A stretch of 64,000 bases of DNA from Giardia intestinalis (lineage: Eukaryota). The notes under the pieces are model-generated. The model was not told where the DNA came from and ran no database searches. It saw only the letters and a list, made by a program, of their open reading frames with translations. The stretch is taken from assembly GCA_000002435.2 (NCBI GenBank), contig CM018793.1; one strand, given 5' to 3'. This document shows, in pieces, positions 21,201 through 29,200 of this stretch. The position numbers were made by a program, and so were the translations under genes. How positions within the stretch are numbered: the first letter of the stretch is position 1; every line of letters starts with the position of its first letter.

Positions 21201-23971
21201 TCTTATTATATACCTTTGCCTGTATGGTGTTCTTTTTCTTTTTCATCGTTAACATGACATTTCCACTTCATTTTCGGAGTCCCTTTGTCTCCTCTGGGCT
21301 AGACATCAACAGCTACTACGGACACTGGGGTAACATCTCTCACTTAGCTTTCCAGCTTCCTGTCAATGGCTGGGACTCTGCAACGATATATACGGAGCAA
21401 CTAGCGCAGCGGCAACTATATAACATTAGCCAAATCACAAAGTATTGGGCAGCAGTCCAGTCAACCCCGTCTTCTTTTATCGTCGATGGCAGCGACCTAG
21501 TGGCATACATGACTGGAATTCGCGCCACCGAATTTGCTTCCGACAAACTTTATTCCCCATTCTACATTAACAAGTACATGGATGAGCTTGTGCAGACACC
21601 GTTTCTATATGCTTTTGACTACATTAAGGATCATACTAAACTGGTTGTGTCGCTTCTGCAATGGTTAGATGATGTCAGCTTTATAAGCTCCGCATCCTAT
21701 GGCGCCTCGAGATGCTTGGAATGTACCACAATATACTACCTCTTGCAGTATGTTCTAAAAGTCTCTCCTGTGTCGCTAATATACCAGATAGAACTATTAT
21801 CCCATCTTTCTAGCGTCAGCACAGAGGATCTTATAAAAGCTGACTATTATCTGGATTTCTTCACGGTACACAAACGCTTTTTAGACGTGTTTTCAAATAT
21901 TCATGATAAGCTGTGGCAGGGACTTGCCTCTTCTGCAGACGTATCCACCATTTCTGCATTTATGCAGCGCTATAAGTACTTTGCCAACTATAATACCACA
22001 GGGGCTGCCAATTACGATGAAAGCGCAGCTATTGCCCTGGTGAACAGTGTGCCGCCTAATACTGCCCTACCGAGCATGATCAGCAAGCATGGAAACCTTG
22101 TGCGCAAATTACTCGAACGTCTCTATGGAGGGTCTATTATTTTTGATGCTATCATCTTCTTGCTATTCTTGATCTCCTTGACTGCATACTTAATAGTAGG
22201 CTGTGTATTTGTATACAAGAGCGTTCTGTTGACGGTTAGAATGTATACGAAAATCTCTGCTGTCACACGGTGCGCGTGTAGTATCAAATACCTTGTTTCT
22301 TGCTTTCTGCCCCTTGACTTAATGTTTTTGGTTCCGGCTCTGTTAGTCGTGGCCCTTATTATGTCGCTGCCGATCATTTATGACGCAAGCACAACCATGG
22401 TAGCAATACTTGGCAACTACATAAACTATCCTCTATCTGCTGAGGCCATTTTGCGTGAAAATGCCGCATTTTCTCATCAGCTGACTCCTTTGTCATATAC
22501 AAAGTTCTCCACGATGCAGACTATCACAAACTACCTTGCTCTTCTAATCTTCTTGTTGTCCTCGCTGTCTCACCACGTAATTCTTCGTAGCAGAACGGTT
22601 ATTGATACCGTAGGCTACATCAGGTATACCAAGGGACAAGAGCAAGAGCTGTTCAACGCAGAGAAGAATCCATTTGTGCTTTCTATTAAGGAAAAGGTTA
22701 CTATCTGCAGGCCTGCGAACAACTCGGCTATGGATCATGACAAAAATGATGATAGTAACGACAGTAACGCTTACTTTAATTTGTATGATGATTATATACC
22801 TACAGCTGATAGTCTAGCATGCGATGATGCTAAAAGCATTGGGAAGGCTGGCGCCCATAAGCCAAATAAGGACCCTTTCCTGCGAGAAGAGTGCGAAACA
22901 ACTGCTACTTATGACCTACCCGTTTTTCTTCCACCGTTGTTCATACCTAAACAGAAGTTGGAATATGTTGAGGTCTTCTTGCGCTACGCTCTGATCTGCT
23001 TGCTTATCTGTTCAATACACTTACTTCTTTCTGCATCTCGTTTGGCAGACTACAATCCAAGGAACATCCCAATTGCGTTTCTTGATCAATTAATACATAA
23101 TTATAATGTGCTACGGGGGCAACTCTCACAGATGTATGCATATCCGCCGACAAAGTACAGAGAGTCCCATCTGATCGTCACTACCTTTAGATGCTTTAGA
23201 CAACTGATCACCTTTCTCTTGGCCAACAAGTACACGCAAAGGACCCTATCCATCCCCATTCAAAGCATGCGCGTCTTCAAAAATATAGGCATAGACAACG
23301 CCTTCTACCAGTATGGCCAACACATTAAAGACTTTCTCCAGTCAAACATATATGGCTATACCAATAAAGTGATGGACTTCTCAGGATCAAGTGTGGAATA
23401 TGACCCCGTAATGCCGACCACGTGGATGAGTGGGAGCAAGTATTATAACATGTGGTCCAACCTTCCACCTAACAACAGGTCACGACTGTTTGTGTCAACC
23501 AAGATTCCTAACTATCACAAAGACGGGTTTGCTGACAACAGTGTCCTTTTTCCGCTCTACCAAAAGCTTCTTCTTTTTGAGTATGCATACTATCAGCCGA
23601 ACTTCGCCAATATTCAGAAGGACCTGGATAACTTGTTAACGCGCTCGGCTACTGGTACGTATGGATATAACTTTCCTAATTTTCTCCCTGAGCACAAGAA
23701 GATCATATTCTTTGACATACTGAGGAACCAGATGTGGACGGAGAGCCTCTATTGTAACCATTACCTTAGAATGGCCGGCATACTTCTACACTCTATTTCA
23801 ATCCTCCGAGCGCTCACAGAGCTGTCGGTTCTTTTAATTATCATTCTAGTTGTTGCAATTATTCATATAACGGCATACAAGCTTCTGTTACTGTTTTACA
23901 ATAAGAAGTTGACTCTATATGAGGTTTTTACGGTCCTGTTGTTGAAGCGGATTCGTGGCCTCGTGAATTAG
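12197..23971 (+). CDS. Giant multi-pass membrane protein, up to 3924 aa, unknown function. The likely start is the Met at nt 12266, because the first Mets overlap the divergent upstream gene.
   Basis: An 11.8-kb uninterrupted frame. There are many hydrophobic helices in the N-terminal ~330 aa and again at about aa 2520-2560, 3050-3130 and 3330-3440, and at the C-terminus. A Cys-cluster CSNSCTNCPRCRVHAVCNHCH lies near aa 750. No P-loop or other known motif. Confidence 0.75.
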   Translation: MPTSPRMRSRSALIKIFRGEQLAMLEVFISVFVFLRHHSFDASPAVLLMSIFWVIAGTTLLLSPQLGSPYLLSHYIYNVIMSMLLIKDVYFFPSKASVLLLLIPLLNLLPLFMIILIRFFTPRPPNTFIYILCYLTQIFMFLWLEGCGPYAFYKLSGSLALLLKRIAEGIATRGFFPAIFSTDSLVLIYYSVLTVFHYQINLSFMHAQNTAAIRETKLFFAPSFIPLQRFRLLYLISLIVQQFFENIVFSIYFVYCALVFVNAYLIASRGSLSHVHNGPWITLSLSTFILFYSCYNILITIFPLIVGKVSRYSTLLMICLPISLAVSVGVTVTLLVLGKRIRINVINDHKRIKVRHSSSFRGRHRCLTIRLLSTIPAKNVSVKVLTSDGHHPAMQKDTAVLLDPTAIQNYTLHTPLSKSMVMILAFYFDIHTVASFVLPNDYTFTTDDINSLVYLIKDSKSTRRLPEERVKERPGAHPNSIVSLPQLHSDANNLIGSPPLTSSIVDSSNIERPRSASATHRHTTFLHHAFSIPDTSLTMNREALAVEHLVSCSTDAPAPCYKSSNDALTYPSNSSSEDSPNLYGISATQGANCPLPTGHTSKASTTPKTGCETPKELPLTPNQKIFRDFLGTLDPQKIFTYVVQAENLLEDFRLFYENIYASLFLSYCAASQTLESMTLLDIEECLPIPLLLRYLRAWKTPSDAYNSIIYYIDQLKSVDDLKREYQAARATRRELEHASTAPNATRSLTLKPIFVEARKIPSFTCSNSCTNCPRCRVHAVCNHCHAKIAILLKSTFNFVMGRMKTDKPPSRGFNCPDCNRPCSLKIVESLSKKQNRKIPGTTLHTTSVKPRIPQNYTTFLNKLTPLGRRIQTPTAYSRKKLPAVDFLSFETVSEQTDANLPHSRQHSKRLSRDVVQLLLKAFINDMENSINEETPMICEWATQKYASTNATDQASLDAKQRPNSNTDSKMFSRDQNIGLLHKSYSVISPQNFNGSIYFLSPEIFADVTISEESKSFLYNCRKQNYLFTIFLPTITSTSSTTGNIHRLSFAYDRAASLTSPLRILRMKVLIHLARMLFPVHLYVDSIYPIQLVPCYKFYTLGRSYIENATNRVSMIYSPEFLLKRQKDSEVRVISKNTSLKKSIQAMYHQEPLYLYCLAQNALTIKTQDKMDSSILQFVNVEYLFMQAAFTGISSSYLSFFYRLYYTNNVSFFTHLLSLSKHSSDADFPVDLTTKLDKHGSSLSTIPGSIAINGLSIALNCHTLSDQTADAYAVIDRLLGGMYSVQIPIYTWLEMAKIRLSTCTVYLELLRGLNSDIFSRYESVPAITSSHSVPMEMSSIPSIPSGLELDADEKRTPLVFEHGITNAERQDKTRLRHGHSFNVSTLEDYHRLHDAIAELLSVCQTLLDKQVSELGFPNESHEVQMTRILDGCKSFFRHYYVFSTQHLLHVVFDLPGIVKYAPRNTRSKPIYRYRNGIPELITHSRKYSNHPTDTLDAASADTEELGSESSSDYLESPPLRLEPDIEDSGSDVQDNSTAFVAHSPALALDGFNKLFIPQLPHMATSSHPKALVISKKQIAANLFAIYEHVILENDMLETILLNNITINGLPSIDINGMPFSLLSLLGKTPSRCVDGSPTKDSSDTPHGCTPTTSIDVAKLQDLLSSHAQALAKEKYIDKLMQHFSSRSLYDKVGSDHYSQISAPRLRQIILSLITDNASDYQSSASGYGNMSLDNAPPSSSVLDSEPCAGAAPALPNVSATFSATFSTSASTTYSHVTEAQNTFTEPLVSAKDFAFLGPTMASNVDRFGIKRKAGYKSSKLSSWKFSLSSLNSSKLLRRFISKGSKSSSLSLLEPEKIKLFLKAGSAYVPFDFPLSGGSVSSSLASDPVSTQQLLLAMIVMLNLLHLYSSSNVLTTYEYRGRQLLTLQQNRFIVDSTGEYYPAAYRQELEQSYTLNFNTQNPDDAVKKFIYCFDESFTGLFPIKSPILCKRYLNTDFDLTIPIDGMKYIHVSDSPSNLLAPTSRSKWLENLKQPDFNTPINVYECIEAQVSMNMGFSLIRYRLRFRNLLLYNSIVFDTLIQLRNIIRVDSTLRAKIHAYKMLPRLGMFSNHSDVLLKSFFEKIINIQDSILTSDPSALHIPHGGATMKASIADTRNSAPTPMLIHHCKRLHECLDVLCRYEHILQSLWTMRLTLLRHSYAEEDFLLLLQNECLRALSTSYGIPSEYFFALFSNIMNLDPETKQCYMSSSIEHAFPKHYALLYQLRSSNQDDREVTLSYPLLDESTYARQQNVIRYFSAMEYDAKRIETANRKFFITIAELFALGKDPLGQIEHILAASPRAAGAYILGPTFDTLQLFKGTIGVDAAFPHSNISIATKDPLDKAEEPKDFDDLAYSSSVLTDDPTNSLCPSSETTLSMTQNSHPPLAKTTAKDVQHSDFQSIFRKDNSTISNVKDDSFNRNKRSCGKPDLNSGACARIHTQHWRIVACLYTNSSLILITLFYIFLVCYLLFIYSYSLTNHVIAKSLLQQGGHISGMMAALSDLQTEINMNVALQQTKNNPFEILSSYAERFNEIANNAYSAHVITAAMYNGLSINDVVQRELELSAFWPPPMLYYSGEQIMNVEDLNVNSGHQNITCTVTMGTLSDQSIATLTNSRDKWPANLSYLKSKLLPLKNLKYLLNFKVWTQTRDFLQLQQSDIKEYLDTYNEFSIGLYDGSFRNFITNYPVTIPITSSYSIEQPDGTLKDQLNSHSTNYFETTDILVNRVVCIAASMIYISQQASSFNPQYISSKESSMLTLYRPMASLMLETDFLQTTYQSMYVNLQEIMINTWAMYSRYTLNRLVLLAFTFLAVGLFIPLYYLSFQRVQRRLLKAKLDRACTLANILSLPKAILESLMDNYAQASMIPFKQFLWGNKGYSATDIDLPREYYSDIYSYTQSKSVYNQTHFNLAELTIHSSKVIENNVKIKQHNDPDCSLKFYSHTDEISLILRLVAIYDNLSNSKMHILLYTFACMVFFFFFIVNMTFPLHFRSPFVSSGLDINSYYGHWGNISHLAFQLPVNGWDSATIYTEQLAQRQLYNISQITKYWAAVQSTPSSFIVDGSDLVAYMTGIRATEFASDKLYSPFYINKYMDELVQTPFLYAFDYIKDHTKLVVSLLQWLDDVSFISSASYGASRCLECTTIYYLLQYVLKVSPVSLIYQIELLSHLSSVSTEDLIKADYYLDFFTVHKRFLDVFSNIHDKLWQGLASSADVSTISAFMQRYKYFANYNTTGAANYDESAAIALVNSVPPNTALPSMISKHGNLVRKLLERLYGGSIIFDAIIFLLFLISLTAYLIVGCVFVYKSVLLTVRMYTKISAVTRCACSIKYLVSCFLPLDLMFLVPALLVVALIMSLPIIYDASTTMVAILGNYINYPLSAEAILRENAAFSHQLTPLSYTKFSTMQTITNYLALLIFLLSSLSHHVILRSRTVIDTVGYIRYTKGQEQELFNAEKNPFVLSIKEKVTICRPANNSAMDHDKNDDSNDSNAYFNLYDDYIPTADSLACDDAKSIGKAGAHKPNKDPFLREECETTATYDLPVFLPPLFIPKQKLEYVEVFLRYALICLLICSIHLLLSASRLADYNPRNIPIAFLDQLIHNYNVLRGQLSQMYAYPPTKYRESHLIVTTFRCFRQLITFLLANKYTQRTLSIPIQSMRVFKNIGIDNAFYQYGQHIKDFLQSNIYGYTNKVMDFSGSSVEYDPVMPTTWMSGSKYYNMWSNLPPNNRSRLFVSTKIPNYHKDGFADNSVLFPLYQKLLLFEYAYYQPNFANIQKDLDNLLTRSATGTYGYNFPNFLPEHKKIIFFDILRNQMWTESLYCNHYLRMAGILLHSISILRALTELSVLLIIILVVAIIHITAYKLLLLFYNKKLTLYEVFTVLLLKRIRGLVN

Positions 23972-24140
23972 TGTTTCTTTTTTGACTACTATGAACGTTG
24001 TCTACCGACAATCGTTGCGAAGTCGTGGATACCACGGTTTGGGGTTCGCATAACTGTTCAGGTTCTAACTGATTAACCGACTATTTAATTTTGTCTTCAA
24101 TTACAATTAGACTTTTCCTTAAAAAGGCGAAAGATCCTGG

Positions 24141-25688
24141 ATGAGTGACCGACTTTTTCACAGTGGCTGGATTTTAAAGACTGACAGCGTGTCAGCGTCG
24201 CACGGTCATGGAGCAAAGCCTGTGTTAGCATCTCGGCGGGGCGGATCGGTGCCTAGCAATATTCGGCGCATAAGGACATTGAATCAATCTGGGCCGACTG
24301 TGGCGACGCCACCGTCAAAGCGACGCAATCATTTCAATGTCCCGGTAAGCCAGGTGATGTCGAAAGGGAACCTCCCTGGGCATGTTATTGCGTCAACTCC
24401 TGGGCACACCTTCGGAGAGACGTCAGAATCGCTCCAGCAGGACATGCGGCTAAGCAATCCGGCCCGGCAGAACACTCCGCAATCAAACATTTTCTCCGAA
24501 TCAGCCCTGCACCTCAGCGGCGAGCACATTAACATTGGACGCAGTAAAGAAAAGTCGTCCCGATTTGACGACTTCAGTCAGTACTACGCCGTTCTTGTGG
24601 GCACGATAGCTTCAGCGGACAATCCAGCTATTGCGGAAGTGAGTGAGTCATGTAACTTTTACACCGGCCTTACGGACAAGCAAGCTCTTGAGCTTAAGAG
24701 CCTCGTCAAAAATAAAATAGCAGCAAAGAACGCATTTGATGAAGTAAGTGTTGTGCAATTTCTCACGTCATTGTATTATTCTAACCAATCTCTCAATAAA
24801 GTCGGACTAGTAGAGCTTATTGAGGACTTAGGCGCTGCATATGTTGTCACTGACCCTCTGCGATTGATCAAAGAAAGAAATAAGAGAAAGGGCTTGAACA
24901 TTTACGGTGAACCATTGGAGGCAACTACTGCTCGAACTCTAGGTAAACCGCCAGAAGCTCCTCGCAAACAATCAAAGGAGCTGTCTCCGCAAGAGCTTCA
25001 GCTGAAAGATGAGCAAGTCATCAATCGGTTGGATTCTCCTGATCCCGTACCTATTTTATCTAGCATATCTTCAGTCTTACGCCAACGCCCAGAGGAGGTT
25101 TCTGTTGGAGTCGGCTCTATAAATATTACTACCAACGCAGACGAGCCAGAATCAGAAGAGGTCTCTGCTGCTGGAGCGCAACAATCGAGTAACAAATATG
25201 GGCTCAGACTCAACTTACTTCCCAATGCTCCTCCACTTATGCACGAATCGCTATTATTGTCGTCACGACGCCGATCTCCAAGTATTGTAGGGATGGGAGG
25301 AACTCCGCGACCTGATCCATATGCCAAAGCAACCTTTGTCGAAGGCTCAATCCCTCCTCAATCTGATATCGACCTTGTGGGTGGCACTCCACGTGTTTTT
25401 GATACCCAGCCGATTCAACATGCTAATCACGCTACCTCTCCTATCCGTAATAAAGATGCTATCACTATAAATTATGCAGAGGCCTCTGGTCTTCTGGGAG
25501 GACCTGACAAAAGCGGCATATCTCTTGTTACGGAGGATTACCAACGCGATCATTGCAATCTCGGTAATTATACTCTAAATTATCTCACGGGCCTCGAGAG
25601 CGAATCCATAATAGGATATGAAGGTCCAGCAGATACCAACAAAGAGCCCTATGTAATGGGCCGTTTTATAGATCCATATGACAATTAA
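24141..25688 (+). CDS. Hypothetical Ser/Pro-rich protein, 515 aa
   Basis: Long ORF with an A-rich tract before the ATG. Low complexity, no recognisable domain. Confidence 0.5.
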   Translation: MSDRLFHSGWILKTDSVSASHGHGAKPVLASRRGGSVPSNIRRIRTLNQSGPTVATPPSKRRNHFNVPVSQVMSKGNLPGHVIASTPGHTFGETSESLQQDMRLSNPARQNTPQSNIFSESALHLSGEHINIGRSKEKSSRFDDFSQYYAVLVGTIASADNPAIAEVSESCNFYTGLTDKQALELKSLVKNKIAAKNAFDEVSVVQFLTSLYYSNQSLNKVGLVELIEDLGAAYVVTDPLRLIKERNKRKGLNIYGEPLEATTARTLGKPPEAPRKQSKELSPQELQLKDEQVINRLDSPDPVPILSSISSVLRQRPEEVSVGVGSINITTNADEPESEEVSAAGAQQSSNKYGLRLNLLPNAPPLMHESLLLSSRRRSPSIVGMGGTPRPDPYAKATFVEGSIPPQSDIDLVGGTPRVFDTQPIQHANHATSPIRNKDAITINYAEASGLLGGPDKSGISLVTEDYQRDHCNLGNYTLNYLTGLESESIIGYEGPADTNKEPYVMGRFIDPYDN

Positions 25689-26249
25689 ATTTTTTTAGAT
25701 TAATAGTGAATTATTTAGATTGGAATTTATTCAACACTCATTTTTAGATTAAAGATCAAGAGTAAAGGGTTGATAAGTTATGTTTCTAACGTTAGTCGTA
25801 TCTGTGCCTTGGCTCTATTGGCCTGTAATGTGGAGTATATGAAGCGTCGTGACATGGTATGCCAAGAAGCGCCCGGCGAGCAGGTATGCGCTAATAACCA
25901 TGGAAAAAAGCACTAGGGCTCTAAGGAAAACATGACCACGCGCGCCTAAGTTTATGAGGGAATTGCCTAATAACAAGTCCATTAGAAGCAAATTGATCCG
26001 AAGGAATTCAAAGATGCCTTGAAAGACGAACCTTCCCTGATAAGCATGTTCATCCGATATCTAAAAGTGTTACTTAATATACGAATTCTGTGAGATAAAG
26101 GGTAAAGGGGGCACTTTCTTATAAGATATGAATCATGTACTAACTGCTACAGATTCTTCTGACCTGGAGATCCTATGCTAATGATCTTTACTATGTATTC
26201 ATTGTGACTCTCAGACCATGGTATGTTGATTTTCTTTGGCAGTCTTCCA

Positions 26250-29200
26250 GACATGCCTTACGACGCGGGCCTCTGCCTGCTGGCCCTTGCTGCGGGGGGA
26301 CGCCCTTGCCGTAGCGCCCTGGTGGCCCGCGTCGCCGCTGAGTGTCCGCCGGCGCGTAGAAGACGAGGCAGGCCGAAGACGGCCTCCGTTGCCGGACGGG
26401 CGACGCACGGAGAGCATCCTGCCTCTAGCGCTATGCGTTACAGCAGGCTCGGCGAGCTGCCCTGGTGACCTCTAGTCTGTCCAGGCCAGCTGCAAGAGCG
26501 GGGGACTCGAAGGAGACGAGCCTCGTATGTTGTGGGCAGATGACATCCCGGACTAGCGATAGGAGCATGCTATCTAAAGCCTGCTCTCGAGCTTTGTAGG
26601 AAGAGCCTGGGATCTGGATGGCAGAGGCGCGATCGTGCAGATGCTTCGGGCCAAGCGGTGTGTTCGCCTAGCCATTGAGTGTGCTGAGTACCTCGATGCT
26701 GGTCACAGCTACCGGAGACTCGCAACAGAGACAGGCTCTGTGCAGTTGCTTAAGAGTTCTCGGTGCAGCATCAGATTCCCCGTACTCTTTCGATGACCAA
26801 GTACAGGCTGCCCGATGGTTCTAGATTTCAAAAGAAGAGGCTCCTCTGCCGGTTTGCCTATCTCGCACGACGGAGAGAGCAGTTGGGGCTATAAGGAACA
26901 TCGCAAGCGGCACTACTCAGGCCTGCTGGCTCCCTATAAGCACAGAAGAGAACCTTTTAGGTTCTGAGAGCATCTCGGGGGTCCTTGCCATACGCAGCAC
27001 GATAATTGAGAGCATCGCCTCCATACTGCAACTAGCAGGGTAGCTCTGCCGCAAGTGCCGAACCTCCCCAAAGAGAAGAATATAGTGATGAGACATCTGG
27101 ATCTCTGCACATTCTGAGAGCCTGGCTTGAGATACTAGCTGCTGTGCCCTTCGGTATCTCTGTGAAGCAACGGGCACTGCCACGGTGCCCGTTCACTGTC
27201 CCTGTGCATTCTTCGGCACGTGACAAAAACCACACAAAAGAGGCTGCTACTGGCTATGATATTGCCGATAGAAATTCTGACACCATTTACTTCGACCGAG
27301 TGAAGAGCGCAGGCCCGCTTCTATTCTCTCATAGAGGAACTTGGCTCTAGAGCTTTGATCTCTGTTCACACCTATTGGCCCCTGTGATCTGGCTTTTGTT
27401 CGGGGACGCGCAGATAGACCGTTTACAATAGATCGCGTCCGCGGCTTCTAGCCTTCGACAAAAGCTTAGCGACCGCCCAAGTATGTCCAAAGGACAATAG
27501 CAAAGAGAAAGCATACATGCTCAGATACACGGTCACACTGGATGTACTCGACTTGCCTGACGACGGTGATAACCCAGCCATTCAAGCAGGGAATACTATG
27601 ACCGCGAGTATAGAAGAAGCACCCTATCCAAGGGTCTACACTTGCTGATGGCACGGTGGTGCCCGTCCAACCACTTTTCTGATCCGGACTGGAGTCCCTG
27701 CCCACCTCTCTGCGCTGCATGCTCTGTTATGCAAGGGTCTCTGCACAGAGTCCGCTTGCTCGGTAGGACCGGCCAGTCCAGCAAGGCCGCATGTAAGCAT
27801 CAGTAGAGCTAGCCTTCTACCTTCTGCATCGATAAAGATCCGCCTTGAAAGGAGATGGATCGGGTACTAGAAGAGTAGACTGTCCGTCGAGATATCCGCG
27901 TCTTGAATTCCGTGGCACTATAGGTAGTGACTCTCGATCTCGATCTCGGTCACGGAAGACCGAGAGGAGGAGTGGCCCTCGCAGAGAAATCACCGAAAAG
28001 GCTGGGCCGCAACAGCGTTAGAAGCTACATTGCACAGCCTTCCAGCGTATGTTCAGCATGTCACCAGCGACGACTAGCGGGGACTACAAGATGGCGCGCT
28101 GCAGCAAATCTCGGCCTGCCGTCAGGTCTCTTGGGGCCTGGGTCTGACATGTGCGCATCAACATCAGAAGGATATGCATGCGTACTACAAGGGCCTAGAA
28201 AAGATCGTTGAGGATACTCTGCCGGGTATTAAAGATAAGAGGGAGCCATTTGCGAAACTAGCGTGCACGTAATATAGTCGGGTGGGCACATACTGGATAC
28301 CTGTTAAGAGAACGCTGCTTTATGCTAACGCATTTTTGGGACCACAGAAGAGCACTTCGGACGATTCTAATAAGGGCACAACCATACTCGTCAGGGCTGG
28401 CAGATGCTTCTCTTAAGTCTAGGCACTTCGAGACATCTCAAGCGATCGAGCAAAGAGCTCTGGGATTTTGTACTAAGGTTATGCTTAGACTGAAAGAGGC
28501 GAAGGAAGGATCCACAAACCATAGTGTTGTCTGTTAATAGAAGGATGCCTTGGGCAGACTCTCTAGAACATCTATCAGCGTGTATCAAAACTGATCTGCA
28601 GCATAGTACGGCTTAATTTTAGGAACTTCTGTCCAGGCTATGGCATGCTAAATATAGTCACTACGTAAGAAGATTGGTTTTCAGGGTACCACATTGCGCG
28701 CAATACACAGTGTGGTTCATTGGAAAATTTGTGTCTAATCATTGTGGCAACAGGGCTTCCATCTTGGTAGGTCATTGTCTGGCCAGTAACAAGACTTGCT
28801 TTCGATTCAGAAAAATGAGCGTCTAGGAAAAAATCGCGCACTCCAATGTGCATAGACACTCCGCCCGGCCTATTTTCCTGGGCAGAGCCACCTGTTGGCG
28901 CCTGCGTTGCATATGCCAGAGTTGGAAGGGGCCTCGAAGAAGCCAGCAGCTCACCATGGCTATTGCTGAGGAGCTGGATCGGATCCTCTGTGGCCTGTGC
29001 TATGCTAGGGAAGAACAAGCTGAGGGACGCAAGATCTTAAGCAAGGGCCCGTTGTTCTTACCGCTACGACGGACTACATTAATCATTACGCTTGAGCCTT
29101 GATTACGTCCTTAAAGCAATACTATAGCATAGCAGCAGAGACTGTGAGAATGCTAACTGACCCTAGTAATATATGCTATTGCTAGTGCAGCCCCAGGAGT

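Noticed and set aside
427-22738. Numerous 60-130-aa ORFs on the opposite strand or in alternative frames inside the long CDSs (for example 427-609, 1088-1348, 1634-1963, 8488-8886, 13519-13812, 22123-22377)
   Set aside because: They are nested within much longer frames that are clearly coding, and are spurious antisense or alternative-frame ORFs.
28638-29018. 126-aa minus-strand ORF in the lower-GC part of the arm that looked protein-like (MFFPSIAQATEDPIQLL...RAMWYPENQSSYVV)
   Set aside because: No recognisable homology, no upstream A/T-rich initiator context, and it is overlapped by ORFs in other frames. There is insufficient evidence for a gene. The region could equally be a structured RNA.
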